Below are positions 46,603 to 55,443 of a stretch of DNA of 64,000 bases, one piece after another. Below the pieces are notes generated by a model, which searched no databases, was not told the DNA's origin, and was given only the letters and a program-made list of their open reading frames with translations. The translations under genes and the position numbers were made by a program. The stretch's first letter is position 1. Each line of letters starts with the position of its first letter. Source of the stretch: a virus (Duplodnaviria; Caudoviricetes); IMG/VR virus record IMGVR_UViG_3300006752_000019, positions 1 through 64,000 of that record; one strand, given 5' to 3'.

Positions 46603-47325
46603 TTAACCTATATGCTGAGAATAAATCTTTTCAGGATTGTAAAAAGAGAAAGGTGTTTGCGACTCTGTTAAATTCTTTAAAATGTCACCAGAAAGAAGCT
46701 CGCAGTGATACTGTCCTAAGATATCCAAATGGTTTTGTGCAGCCTTCCATGCAGCATAGATTTCACTCGTTCTGTTTATATTGGGCTGAAACGTGAAAGT
46801 TGACCCCCATTGCGTATATTTTAAGCCCTGAGTAAAAATATCTTTGCTTGCTGATTGAAAGTGGTCTTTATCGCATTTTTTAAATTCTTCAGCACTATTA
46901 AACCTTACGCATAGCTGGTTTGTATTGTTGTCTAAGAAATTTTCTGACTCACGCAGCGCGGAAATAAGATCGTATTTTTGTGTTTTTAAAATCCAATCAT
47001 CTTCTAGCCAAAACGAATATTTTTGTTTTCTGATTGTGGGGTCAGAATAAACTTTAAATACGTCTTTAAAATATTCAGCAGAGTGAACTTGATGATTGCT
47101 TGAATGATGAACCACATCAGCTTTGCTTTCAATGATTCTAAAGTTTTTGTCTGCGGCAAAGTTTTTAATCTCTTCTGCTTTTTCTTCTTGAGAAGGTTTG
47201 GTTTTTAGGTGCAGGATCCTGTCAGAGAAATAGTCTTTCGTCTGATTTAAGATAGATTCAATGGTTTCTTGGTAGGTGTGTCGCCCACCATGCCCCATTG
47301 TTGTGCAGAAAACGATTAGGTTCAT
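46603..47325 (-). CDS. Putative GT-A glycosyltransferase-like protein
   Basis: FWLEDDW, VRFN, TFQP; start re-assigned to MNLIVF. Confidence 0.5.
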   Translation of the reverse strand: MNLIVFCTTMGHGGRHTYQETIESILNQTKDYFSDRILHLKTKPSQEEKAEEIKNFAADKNFRIIESKADVVHHSSNHQVHSAEYFKDVFKVYSDPTIRKQKYSFWLEDDWILKTQKYDLISALRESENFLDNNTNQLCVRFNSAEEFKKCDKDHFQSASKDIFTQGLKYTQWGSTFTFQPNINRTSEIYAAWKAAQNHLDILGQYHCELLSGDILKNLTESQTPFSFYNPEKIYSQHIG

Positions 47326-47362
47326 TACGCCATTATATAAAACATTTACAAAAAAATCAAAC

Positions 47363-47392
47363 AAAAAACCCCTAGTCCACTCGGACTAGGGG
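47363..47392 (-). terminator. Rho-independent terminator downstream of nrdA
   Basis: CCCCTAGTCC-GAGT-GGACTAGGGG followed by TTTTTT on the minus strand. Confidence 0.88.
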
Positions 47393-47437
47393 TAAAGTCA
47401 ATCTACTGTGTTTTCGACTTATTTGACTTTTTTTAAA

Positions 47438-49084
47438 TCATGCCTCGCAGGAAGCACATGTCAGGATAGACCTAGCAAGTTCTTGACTTGGATTTGCGCT
47501 ACGCTGATAGTAGAAGCCCTTTACTCCCTGCTCCCAACCAAAAATAATAAGCTGGTTGATGTCCTTTACAGGTGTCTTCGGCGGGATCATAAGGTTTAGT
47601 GATTGTCCTTGGTCAATATATTTCTGACGTTGTGCGGCTTGAATCACAATCTCCTTTTGAGAAATTTCCTCAAATGTTTTGAATACTTCTTTCTCTTCTT
47701 CTGTAAGGAATTCAAGATGTTGAACAGAACCTGCCTTGAGTAGAATACTCTTCCAGACTTCAGGGTTATTTTGACCTTTTGCTTCCAGTAGTTTTTCGAG
47801 GTATGGATTGAGATAGGTAAATTTACCTTTAGCTAGGTTCTTGGTAAAGTAGTTTCCATTGAGAGGTTCAATTGACGGAGAAACTTGGCCCAAGATAAAG
47901 GAGCTGCTAGTGGTTGGTGCAATAGCCATTGTGGTTGTATTGCGGCGACCATAGCCTTTGAGAAGTTCTGGTTCTCCAAGTAGCTTGGCGAGTTCTTCTG
48001 TCGCGGCATCGCAGCGATCACGAATAGTGGAAAAGATGTTGGCGTTCAACATTTTTGCCTCCATGCCTTCGAAAGCAATCATTTTACTTTGAAGAAAAGA
48101 ATGCCAGCCCAAAACCCCAACACCAATAGCGCGTTGACGCATTGCAAAATTACGACACGATTCCATAAACATAACACCTTCTGTTTTTTGGATATATTCT
48201 TCCATAACAGCATCAAGGAACATGGTGAGTGTTTCAACTGCGTCTGTATTCACGATTTCATCCCAATTAACGAGATTGATAGAAGAAAGACAACAAACAA
48301 AAGATTCGTCTGGACTTGAAGAAAGAGCGATCTCATTGCAGAGGTTACTGGCGTAGATTTCTTTTCCTTTGTCCTTGTATGCTTGTGGAGCGTTTTTATT
48401 TGCAGTATCTTTGAAAAAAAGATATGGGTATCCACTTTCAGAGCGTTTCTTTAGAACCTGCGCCCAAATCTTACGCTTCTCTGTATCGCCATCAATCATG
48501 GACTGCATCCATTCATCACCAATAGTTACAGCGAAAGACATATCTTGAATTGCGTGTCCTTCGTTGCGAATACGAAGAAACTCTTCTACATCAGGATGCT
48601 CAATTGGAAGGTATGCGGCAAAGCTACCACGGCGAATACCTCCTTGGGAAACAACAGAAGCTGTTGTGTCAAACTTTTCCATGAAGTGAACGGGGCCAAA
48701 TGAAGTTTTTCCATCGCTGATGTTTGCACCACGAGGGCGTAGATCGCCAAAGTATCCAGAAGTGCCAGCAGCATTCTTTGTTTGCATACCAACTTCTGCA
48801 TCTTTAAGAAGGATTGATTCCATTGTGTCTTCAATGTAAACACCGTTACATGAAATAGGCAAACCTCTCTTGCGGCCAAAGTTAGCCCATACAGGACTAG
48901 CCAGAGAGTAAAATCCTCTCGACATATATTCTTCAAACTTAGCAGCAAAACCCTTGATACCAAGGTATTTCTCTGCTGTGTTTGCTATGTCTTTTATTCT
49001 TTGTTCTGGAGTTTCGCCTTCTACTAGGTAGTCAATAAGGAATTTGCGGGAGTCTTCGTTTAGCCAATAATATTTTTCGTTCAT
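47438..49084 (-). CDS. nrdA: Ribonucleotide reductase class Ia alpha subunit (short form, no ATP cone evident)
   Basis: GLPISC, RRGS, SNLCNE, CCLSSIN, IAPT.SSS, Q.YIDQGQS.NL, KG.YY, C-terminal CASCEA. Confidence 0.95.
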   Translation of the reverse strand: MNEKYYWLNEDSRKFLIDYLVEGETPEQRIKDIANTAEKYLGIKGFAAKFEEYMSRGFYSLASPVWANFGRKRGLPISCNGVYIEDTMESILLKDAEVGMQTKNAAGTSGYFGDLRPRGANISDGKTSFGPVHFMEKFDTTASVVSQGGIRRGSFAAYLPIEHPDVEEFLRIRNEGHAIQDMSFAVTIGDEWMQSMIDGDTEKRKIWAQVLKKRSESGYPYLFFKDTANKNAPQAYKDKGKEIYASNLCNEIALSSSPDESFVCCLSSINLVNWDEIVNTDAVETLTMFLDAVMEEYIQKTEGVMFMESCRNFAMRQRAIGVGVLGWHSFLQSKMIAFEGMEAKMLNANIFSTIRDRCDAATEELAKLLGEPELLKGYGRRNTTTMAIAPTTSSSFILGQVSPSIEPLNGNYFTKNLAKGKFTYLNPYLEKLLEAKGQNNPEVWKSILLKAGSVQHLEFLTEEEKEVFKTFEEISQKEIVIQAAQRQKYIDQGQSLNLMIPPKTPVKDINQLIIFGWEQGVKGFYYQRSANPSQELARSILTCASCEA

Positions 49085-50058
49085 TAAAATAAGTCTTCTT
49101 CTGTAAATGTTTGGTTTTTCTTTGAGTATTCTACTGGGCGCGAATGGAAAAAGTCAGTAGCGTTATTGCCTAACAATTCTTCTTCGAACCACAATGTTTT
49201 TTTGATGATATCTGTGTCAATTTCGTCAAAAGCTTTTGGAAAGCCAATGCCTTCTAGAGACTCATTAATTCTGTGCTTGACAAATTCTTTAAGCGTCTCG
49301 GCATCTAATCCTTCTTCTTTCATCCCATTAATCATCCAATCAATAAGATTAGATTCTGCAATAAAAGCTTGTTGAGCTTCATGAAGCACTCTATCTTCTA
49401 ATTCTTTATCAAAAAGTTCAGGATATTCCTCTTTGATTGTATTAATAATTTTCATACCAGCAAGCGCGTGGATCATTTCCTCGTTGCGGGTATACTTAAC
49501 CTGCTGGTCTGTATCTTTAAGCACATTCTTGAAGCGGCCAAACCAGTTAATTGTATAGAATTGAGAAAACAAAGATACATTTTCTACAAATAAGGTAAAA
49601 AGAATAAGCGCATAAACGTATTGCTTCTTACTGTCCTTGTAAAAACGATGATTGTATTTCTTTAAGTATTTGACTCGACCTTCGATAAAATCAAGCTTAA
49701 GATTTTTTTCGAAAACTCCCTCAAGCCCCAAGACTTCCAGTAGACGCTCGTAGGCGTTATTGTGGATAACCTCAACATTACCCATTGCGATCCCTAGATC
49801 GTTTAAAGAAGGGTGAGGAAGGTTGTCGCCAAGCTTTACCCAAAACTTCTTGACAGCAACCTCGATTTGGCCAACAGCAGACAATGTGCGAACGATTGTT
49901 TCTCGCTCTTGATCCGAAAGGTTCACATTAAAATCGTGAACGTCAGATGTAAATGAAAATTCTTTGTCTGTCCAAAATCCGTTATAGATGGCCTCAATGA
50001 AGTCCTCTGTCCACGGATAATTATTCGGCTTTCTCGATACTTGTTCTTCAAAAATCAT
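49084..50058 (-). CDS. nrdB: Ribonucleotide reductase class Ia beta subunit
   Basis: FWT..E, E.IH..AY (radical Tyr), EN..LFSQF, NEEMIH, DFF..RP..Y. Confidence 0.93.
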   Translation of the reverse strand: MIFEEQVSRKPNNYPWTEDFIEAIYNGFWTDKEFSFTSDVHDFNVNLSDQERETIVRTLSAVGQIEVAVKKFWVKLGDNLPHPSLNDLGIAMGNVEVIHNNAYERLLEVLGLEGVFEKNLKLDFIEGRVKYLKKYNHRFYKDSKKQYVYALILFTLFVENVSLFSQFYTINWFGRFKNVLKDTDQQVKYTRNEEMIHALAGMKIINTIKEEYPELFDKELEDRVLHEAQQAFIAESNLIDWMINGMKEEGLDAETLKEFVKHRINESLEGIGFPKAFDEIDTDIIKKTLWFEEELLGNNATDFFHSRPVEYSKKNQTFTEEDLF

Positions 50059-50372
50059 GGCTGTTGTAATTTACACAAACATACCGTGGCTAGATCTAAA
50101 AAGCAAGAAAAAAGTTAGCACATCTAGCAACTTTTTTATGGGAAATTTTTTCTTGGGGAAAAGCCTTTAAAAATCCCATTTTTTAAAAGATTTATATTAT
50201 GAGCGAAGCGAATAATTTAAATCTTAATCCGAAGCTTGATCTTTACTCATTAACTATCGGGGCAAGCTTAGGTATATATATTATTATATGAGATTTAAAA
50301 AAAGCGTCAAGAAAAAGTTTGAACTTTTTTTGTTTGACTTTTTTAGTTATATGAACATAATACTGTATAGCC
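50059..50372. promoter_or_regulatory. Divergent intergenic control region with back-to-back sigma70-like promoters and palindromes
   Basis: Minus TTGACG-16-TATAAT; plus TTGACT-16-CATAAT; AAAAAGTT-TG-AACTTTTT (50312-50329) between them. Confidence 0.6.
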
Positions 50373-50975
50373 ATGCAAATAGATAAATTCAGCGATCTTA
50401 AATTAACAAAACTTGTGCAGGAGGATTCGGACGATGAAGCTCTTAAGGAGCTTGTGGTTCGTCACTCTGGTATCTACATGGATATGCTCAAGGCATACGG
50501 GGCAAAATCGTTTAATAACAATCAACTAGATGACTTTATTAAACAAAAAGACTCTGTAATATACGAGGCGGCTCTAGATTACAATCCCGAAAGAGCTAAA
50601 TTCTCAACCTTTTTGGCAAACAAGACCAAGTATATGTGTCTTTCAGAAAGAACCAAGTTTCAAAAACTATCTAGAGAAGTTAGCTATGATGATATGGATT
50701 GGGGGCAAAGCGATACAGCCCTAACGCCCGATGAAAGCTGCGTTCATAGCGAGACGATAAATAAAATCATGGATATGATTGAAAGCTACCACGATCAGCG
50801 TGTAACAAAAATCTTTCACCTTCGTTATTTTGGAAGTGAAGGTAGAAAAATGCTTCCTTGGAAAGAGGTGGCAAAGCACGTTAGCCTATCAGCACAAAGC
50901 TGTATCAATATTCATAACAAAACCCTTGAAATCTTCAAAAATAGAGTAAAAAATGAACAAACTATTGAATTTTGA
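50373..50975 (+). CDS. Sigma-70 family RNA polymerase sigma factor
   Basis: A..ELV.RH, region 2 YNPERAKFSTF, region 4 IF.LRY...WKEVA....S. Confidence 0.8.
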   Translation: MQIDKFSDLKLTKLVQEDSDDEALKELVVRHSGIYMDMLKAYGAKSFNNNQLDDFIKQKDSVIYEAALDYNPERAKFSTFLANKTKYMCLSERTKFQKLSREVSYDDMDWGQSDTALTPDESCVHSETINKIMDMIESYHDQRVTKIFHLRYFGSEGRKMLPWKEVAKHVSLSAQSCINIHNKTLEIFKNRVKNEQTIEF

Positions 50976-52041
50976 TGCCCCGCTCAACTCTCTGAGCCTT
51001 GGCAATGTCAGCTACAACTTTTTGCGAGAACTGCAAAGAAAAGATATCAATGTCAATCTTTTTGCTGTTGGTGATCGCGCCGAGCTACAAGCTTACGATA
51101 AAAAAACACCAGAACTTGTTGAATATATCAAGAACGCTGGACACTCTCGCTTTAGAAACCTCAATTCAAATATTCCAACGCTCAAGGTTTGGCATATCAA
51201 TGGAAGCGAAAAACAAATTGGCTCTAATCAGTTCCTTTATACTTTTTATGAGCTTGATTCTCCCACTGAGACAGAAGTAGCTATCGTAAAAATGCAAAAG
51301 CATGTTTTCTTTTCTTCTTCTGAGGCTTGCGAAGCATTTAAAGCTGCTGGATGTGATAATGTTTCTCATGTGCCTCTTGGTTTTGATGAAGACTTTGGTA
51401 AAACAGATAAGACATATTTTGAAGAAGATGTGATTCACTTTGGTTTGATTGGCAAATTTGAGCGCAGAAAGAATACCGTGCCTATTATTCAGACTTGGCT
51501 AAAGCGTTTTGGTAATAACCCAAAGTATCAACTTTCATGCTTGGTTCATAACCCCTTCTTTCCAGAAGAGCAAATGGATCAGCTTCTCAAAAATTGTATG
51601 ATGAATGAACAATGGAGTAACATTAACTTCTTGCCTAGACTTGAAACCAACTCCGAAGTCAATGAGCTAACGAACTCTATAGATATTGATCTCTCTGGAC
51701 TCTCTAATGGCGAGGGATGGAATCTCCCTGCTTTCAACGCGACAGCTCTTGGCAAGTGGAGCATTGTATCCAACTGCTCGTCTCATACAGATTGGGCAAC
51801 CAAAGAGAACAGTATTCTTGTTGACCCTGTTGATAAGCAAGACTGCTACGATAATGCGTTTTTCAAAAAAGGACTACCATTCAATCAAGGTCAATACTAC
51901 AAAATCACTCCAGAGCAAATTATCAAATCCTACGATACTGCGGTCGTTATGGCAAAACAACCAAACACCGAAGGTGAAAAGCTACGCGAGAAATTCACCT
52001 ACAAAAAAACAATTGAACAAATCCTTAGCGTAATTTACTAA
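50953..52041 (+). CDS. GT-B glycosyltransferase (GT4-like)
   Basis: VPLGFD, FG.IGKFERRKN, GEGWNLP...A.A.GK..I.S..S.H. Confidence 0.8.
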   Translation: MNKLLNFDAPLNSLSLGNVSYNFLRELQRKDINVNLFAVGDRAELQAYDKKTPELVEYIKNAGHSRFRNLNSNIPTLKVWHINGSEKQIGSNQFLYTFYELDSPTETEVAIVKMQKHVFFSSSEACEAFKAAGCDNVSHVPLGFDEDFGKTDKTYFEEDVIHFGLIGKFERRKNTVPIIQTWLKRFGNNPKYQLSCLVHNPFFPEEQMDQLLKNCMMNEQWSNINFLPRLETNSEVNELTNSIDIDLSGLSNGEGWNLPAFNATALGKWSIVSNCSSHTDWATKENSILVDPVDKQDCYDNAFFKKGLPFNQGQYYKITPEQIIKSYDTAVVMAKQPNTEGEKLREKFTYKKTIEQILSVIY

Positions 52042-52042
52042 T

Positions 52043-52429
52043 ATGCCAATTTACCTTTACAAAAACGAAGAAACAGGAGAAGTTAAAGAGGTTGTGCAAA
52101 CAATGTCTGAAGAACATGTTTATTTTCAAGACGGAGTGGATTGGAAACGCGTATACACAAAGCCCAATGCCGCAGTTCAATCTGTTTCAAAACTAGATCC
52201 CTTCAAGAAACGAGACTTCATTGACAAAACTGGAAACATGAAGGGAACAGTTGGGGACATGATGGGTTTATCTGAGGAAATGTCAGCAGTCAGGGCAGAA
52301 AAAGCAGGAGGCGAAGACCCAGTAAAGCGTGAGTTCTTCGACAACTACGAAAAAAGTGTAGGCAAAAAACATATGCACGATAAACCCAAGAAAATCGAAA
52401 AGAACGGTATCTCTGTAGACCTCGATTAA
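52043..52429 (+). CDS. FmdB-like ribbon protein lacking Cys
   Basis: MPIYLYKN..TGE..E...M pattern. Confidence 0.55.
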   Translation: MPIYLYKNEETGEVKEVVQTMSEEHVYFQDGVDWKRVYTKPNAAVQSVSKLDPFKKRDFIDKTGNMKGTVGDMMGLSEEMSAVRAEKAGGEDPVKREFFDNYEKSVGKKHMHDKPKKIEKNGISVDLD

Positions 52430-53118
52430 ATATACTGACCAGTTACTCTGATCTTCTTGCCGCCAAGATCAAACACAATAATTCCTTGGCCAACAGAAGT
52501 AGAGCCATCGTTTTCAATAATTGATCCAGCACCACTGATTCCTGTTACATCAAGGAATCTTGTAACACGATCCCCACTTATAGTTAAGTTTCCACTAACA
52601 GTAACATCATCCTCAAAAACTGTATCATTAATAAATCGTTGACCGCTTGCAAAATCAAGAATTAGCTTTCTGCTTTGATCTACTGTTCTGATGGCTGTAT
52701 CATCACCCATCATTGTGCTACCCACCACACCGCTTTCGAATGTAACAGTATTGCCTCCAATTAGCATATTTTGTTGAGAGCCTGTTTCAAAAGTAGAGTT
52801 ATCACTAAAAAGAATGGTGTTGTCTTCGCCGTAAATAGTGTTGTTGTTTCCATTGATCACAACATTATATTCACCACCAATCGTGTTGTTTGTCCCACCA
52901 ATCAACATTCCGCTATTGCTGTTAAACACTGTGCTTGAAGCTGTAGTTAAAACCTGACTGTTATTGACTGTGAGATTTCCAGAAAAATCAAAATCTCCAA
53001 CCAAGTCTCTTTTTAACTCAATTTTAAAACCCGTATTTAGGTCAGAAAGCAAAAAATCCCCACTAGCACTAAAAAAAGTAGGTAATTGTAGTTGTTCTGG
53101 TTGAATTTTATTAAACAT
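52426..53118 (-). CDS. Probable tail fibre-like virion protein
   Basis: GGxNN-type beta-helix repeats; V.GNLTI. Confidence 0.55.
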   Translation of the reverse strand: MFNKIQPEQLQLPTFFSASGDFLLSDLNTGFKIELKRDLVGDFDFSGNLTVNNSQVLTTASSTVFNSNSGMLIGGTNNTIGGEYNVVINGNNNTIYGEDNTILFSDNSTFETGSQQNMLIGGNTVTFESGVVGSTMMGDDTAIRTVDQSRKLILDFASGQRFINDTVFEDDVTVSGNLTISGDRVTRFLDVTGISGAGSIIENDGSTSVGQGIIVFDLGGKKIRVTGQYI

Positions 53119-53155
53119 AGTCCTATAATGGGTTCCTTAAAATTACACGGAAATT

Positions 53156-53710
53156 ATGAAATATCCTATTTACAAACCAAACAAAAACTGCACGGGGGCC
53201 GCAGGAAGCTTTGCTGTAACAAAATTCGGCAAAGACCAAAAAACCAACCTTTTTGTCGAGCTTTTGCTCCAAAAAAGCTGGGACGACAAGAAAAGAACAG
53301 GTTCCTTTAATCCAGAAAAAAAGGTAACCTTTAAGCTTAGTCTCTCTGAAGCTGGTGAAATTCTCTCCTCTCTAAAAACTAGAGTTCCATTTACTGCTTT
53401 CCACAAGTTCGGTGAAGATACCACTGTTATTAATATGACTCCTTGGGATAAAGCTAAAACCGTCAAAACAAAAGATGGAGATAAAAAATACACGACTCCA
53501 GCTTGGGGACTAAAAGTAACCCGCAATTCTAGTGAAACATACAAACTACCACTAGAGGCTGGCGAAGCAGAGGTTCTTGCTGTCGTGCTTACTGAGTTTA
53601 TCCAACAAGTTCTTCGTGAAAACTCTGCAATTGATGCTCAAAACAGAGCAAAAGCAGGTTCTGAATCCTCAAAAGGAGGAGCAAGAGAAGAAGATGACGT
53701 TCCATTCTAA
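53156..53710 (+). CDS. Single-stranded DNA-binding-like protein with acidic DDVPF tail
   Basis: C-terminal EEDDVPF matches the SSB tip; the core is not an obvious OB-SSB. Confidence 0.6.
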   Translation: MKYPIYKPNKNCTGAAGSFAVTKFGKDQKTNLFVELLLQKSWDDKKRTGSFNPEKKVTFKLSLSEAGEILSSLKTRVPFTAFHKFGEDTTVINMTPWDKAKTVKTKDGDKKYTTPAWGLKVTRNSSETYKLPLEAGEAEVLAVVLTEFIQQVLRENSAIDAQNRAKAGSESSKGGAREEDDVPF

Positions 53711-55443
53711 TGGATAAGAAAATCAAGGTATTAGTTCATTCGAATTACTCTCGTCTAGTCACGGGGTTCGGGAAGAATATGCGAAATGTTCTTCTCGCGC
53801 TCCATGACAGCGAGGAGTTCGAAGTGGTAGAAGCTGCAAACGGCGTAATGTTTGGTGTAGACTTAATGACTCCTTGGAAGAGTTATGGAACTTATGCAAC
53901 ACCAGATGTTCAACAAAAAATCAAAAGCGATGATTCAAAAAAACGCGCATCTTCTTATGGTTATTACATGATCGACAAGATCATAGAAATAGAACAGCCC
54001 GATATTTATCTTGGTATTGAAGATATTTGGGCTTTCAGTCAATTCGAAAACAAGCCTTGGTGGAACAAACTAAAAACTATCCTCTGGACTACTCTGGATA
54101 GTCTTCCTATTCTTGATCAAGCAGTTCATATGCACAAGAACTGTGATAAAATGCTTGTGTGGGCTACATTTGCTGAAGCAGCAATGAATAAAAAAGGCTT
54201 CAACACACAAACTATTCATGGGGCGATTAATTACAACGATTATCACCCACTACCCACAGAAGAAAGAAACTCTCTTCGCGCACAACATGGACTTTCGGAT
54301 AATTATGTAATTGGTTTCGTTTTCAAAAACCAACTACGCAAATCTGTTCCTAATATCTTAGAGGGTTTCAAACTATTCAAAAAGCTAAATCCTGACTCTA
54401 AGCCCAAGCTTCTCCTGCATACAGATTGGGCAGAAAAAGAACAGGGCTGGGATATCGTAAAATATATTGAGGAAAAAGAAATTGATCCTGAAGATGTTTT
54501 GGCGACTTATCTTTGTCATAAGTGCGGTCAGTATTTTGTTACCCCATACAACGGAGAGAACAAAGATTGTAAAGTTTGCGGCGCAAAAGAAAGCGTTAAA
54601 ACAAAGAACAGTGGTAAAGGTGTTAACGAAACCCAATTGAATCAAATCTATAACATGATGGATGTTTACTGCCATCCATTTACCAGTGGTGGTCAAGAAC
54701 TTCCAATTCAAGAGGCGAAAGCAGCAGGGCTAATCACTCTTGTTACAGAATATTCTTGCGGCATTGATTCTTGTTACAAACATCAAGGAGGTATTCCTCT
54801 TGATTGGAGCGAGTATCGCGAACCTCACACTAATTTCATTAAAGCTACAACCTGCCCTGCAAGCATTGCTCATAACCTTGAGGCTGTTTATCAGATGGAC
54901 GAAGATACAAAACAACAGTATCTAGAAAACGGCAAAAAACATCTCGATAAAAACTTTTCTGTAGATGTGATTGTAGAGAAGCTGAAAAACACTCTGCGCG
55001 AAGTCTACGCGCAAGAAAAGCATTCAAGCTCTGAAACAAGTGAAGATACTCTTTCTGCGCCAGACCTCGCTGACATGCTGGATGGAGAAGCAGAAGACCG
55101 AATCTTGATCGTAATGCCAGAATCGGCTGGAGATGTGTTTATCACAACCTCTTTGCTTCCTTCTCTTGCAGAAGCATATCCCAATAAAGATGTTTACTTT
55201 GCAACAAAAAAACAATTCCATCCAATTTTAACAGGCAACCCTTACATCCATAAAGTTTTGGAATTCCACCCCCAAATGGAAAACCTGCCTATGATGGAAG
55301 GAGCGGGTCAACACAAAGGCTATTTCAATCTTTGTTTCCTGCCTCACATTGGAACTCAACGCATGCTTGATTATCTTCACCAAGGAGACGGAGATAAGAT
55401 AATGTTCAACATCCATTCAGAAAATTACAATGCACCTCATTGA
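53710..55443 (+). CDS. GT4-like glycosyltransferase fused to a GT9-like N-terminal module
   Basis: KNQLRK, HPF.SGGQELP..EA.A.G; C-term ILI....AGDV......L...YP....FAT......GNPYI. Confidence 0.78.
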   Translation: MDKKIKVLVHSNYSRLVTGFGKNMRNVLLALHDSEEFEVVEAANGVMFGVDLMTPWKSYGTYATPDVQQKIKSDDSKKRASSYGYYMIDKIIEIEQPDIYLGIEDIWAFSQFENKPWWNKLKTILWTTLDSLPILDQAVHMHKNCDKMLVWATFAEAAMNKKGFNTQTIHGAINYNDYHPLPTEERNSLRAQHGLSDNYVIGFVFKNQLRKSVPNILEGFKLFKKLNPDSKPKLLLHTDWAEKEQGWDIVKYIEEKEIDPEDVLATYLCHKCGQYFVTPYNGENKDCKVCGAKESVKTKNSGKGVNETQLNQIYNMMDVYCHPFTSGGQELPIQEAKAAGLITLVTEYSCGIDSCYKHQGGIPLDWSEYREPHTNFIKATTCPASIAHNLEAVYQMDEDTKQQYLENGKKHLDKNFSVDVIVEKLKNTLREVYAQEKHSSSETSEDTLSAPDLADMLDGEAEDRILIVMPESAGDVFITTSLLPSLAEAYPNKDVYFATKKQFHPILTGNPYIHKVLEFHPQMENLPMMEGAGQHKGYFNLCFLPHIGTQRMLDYLHQGDGDKIMFNIHSENYNAPH

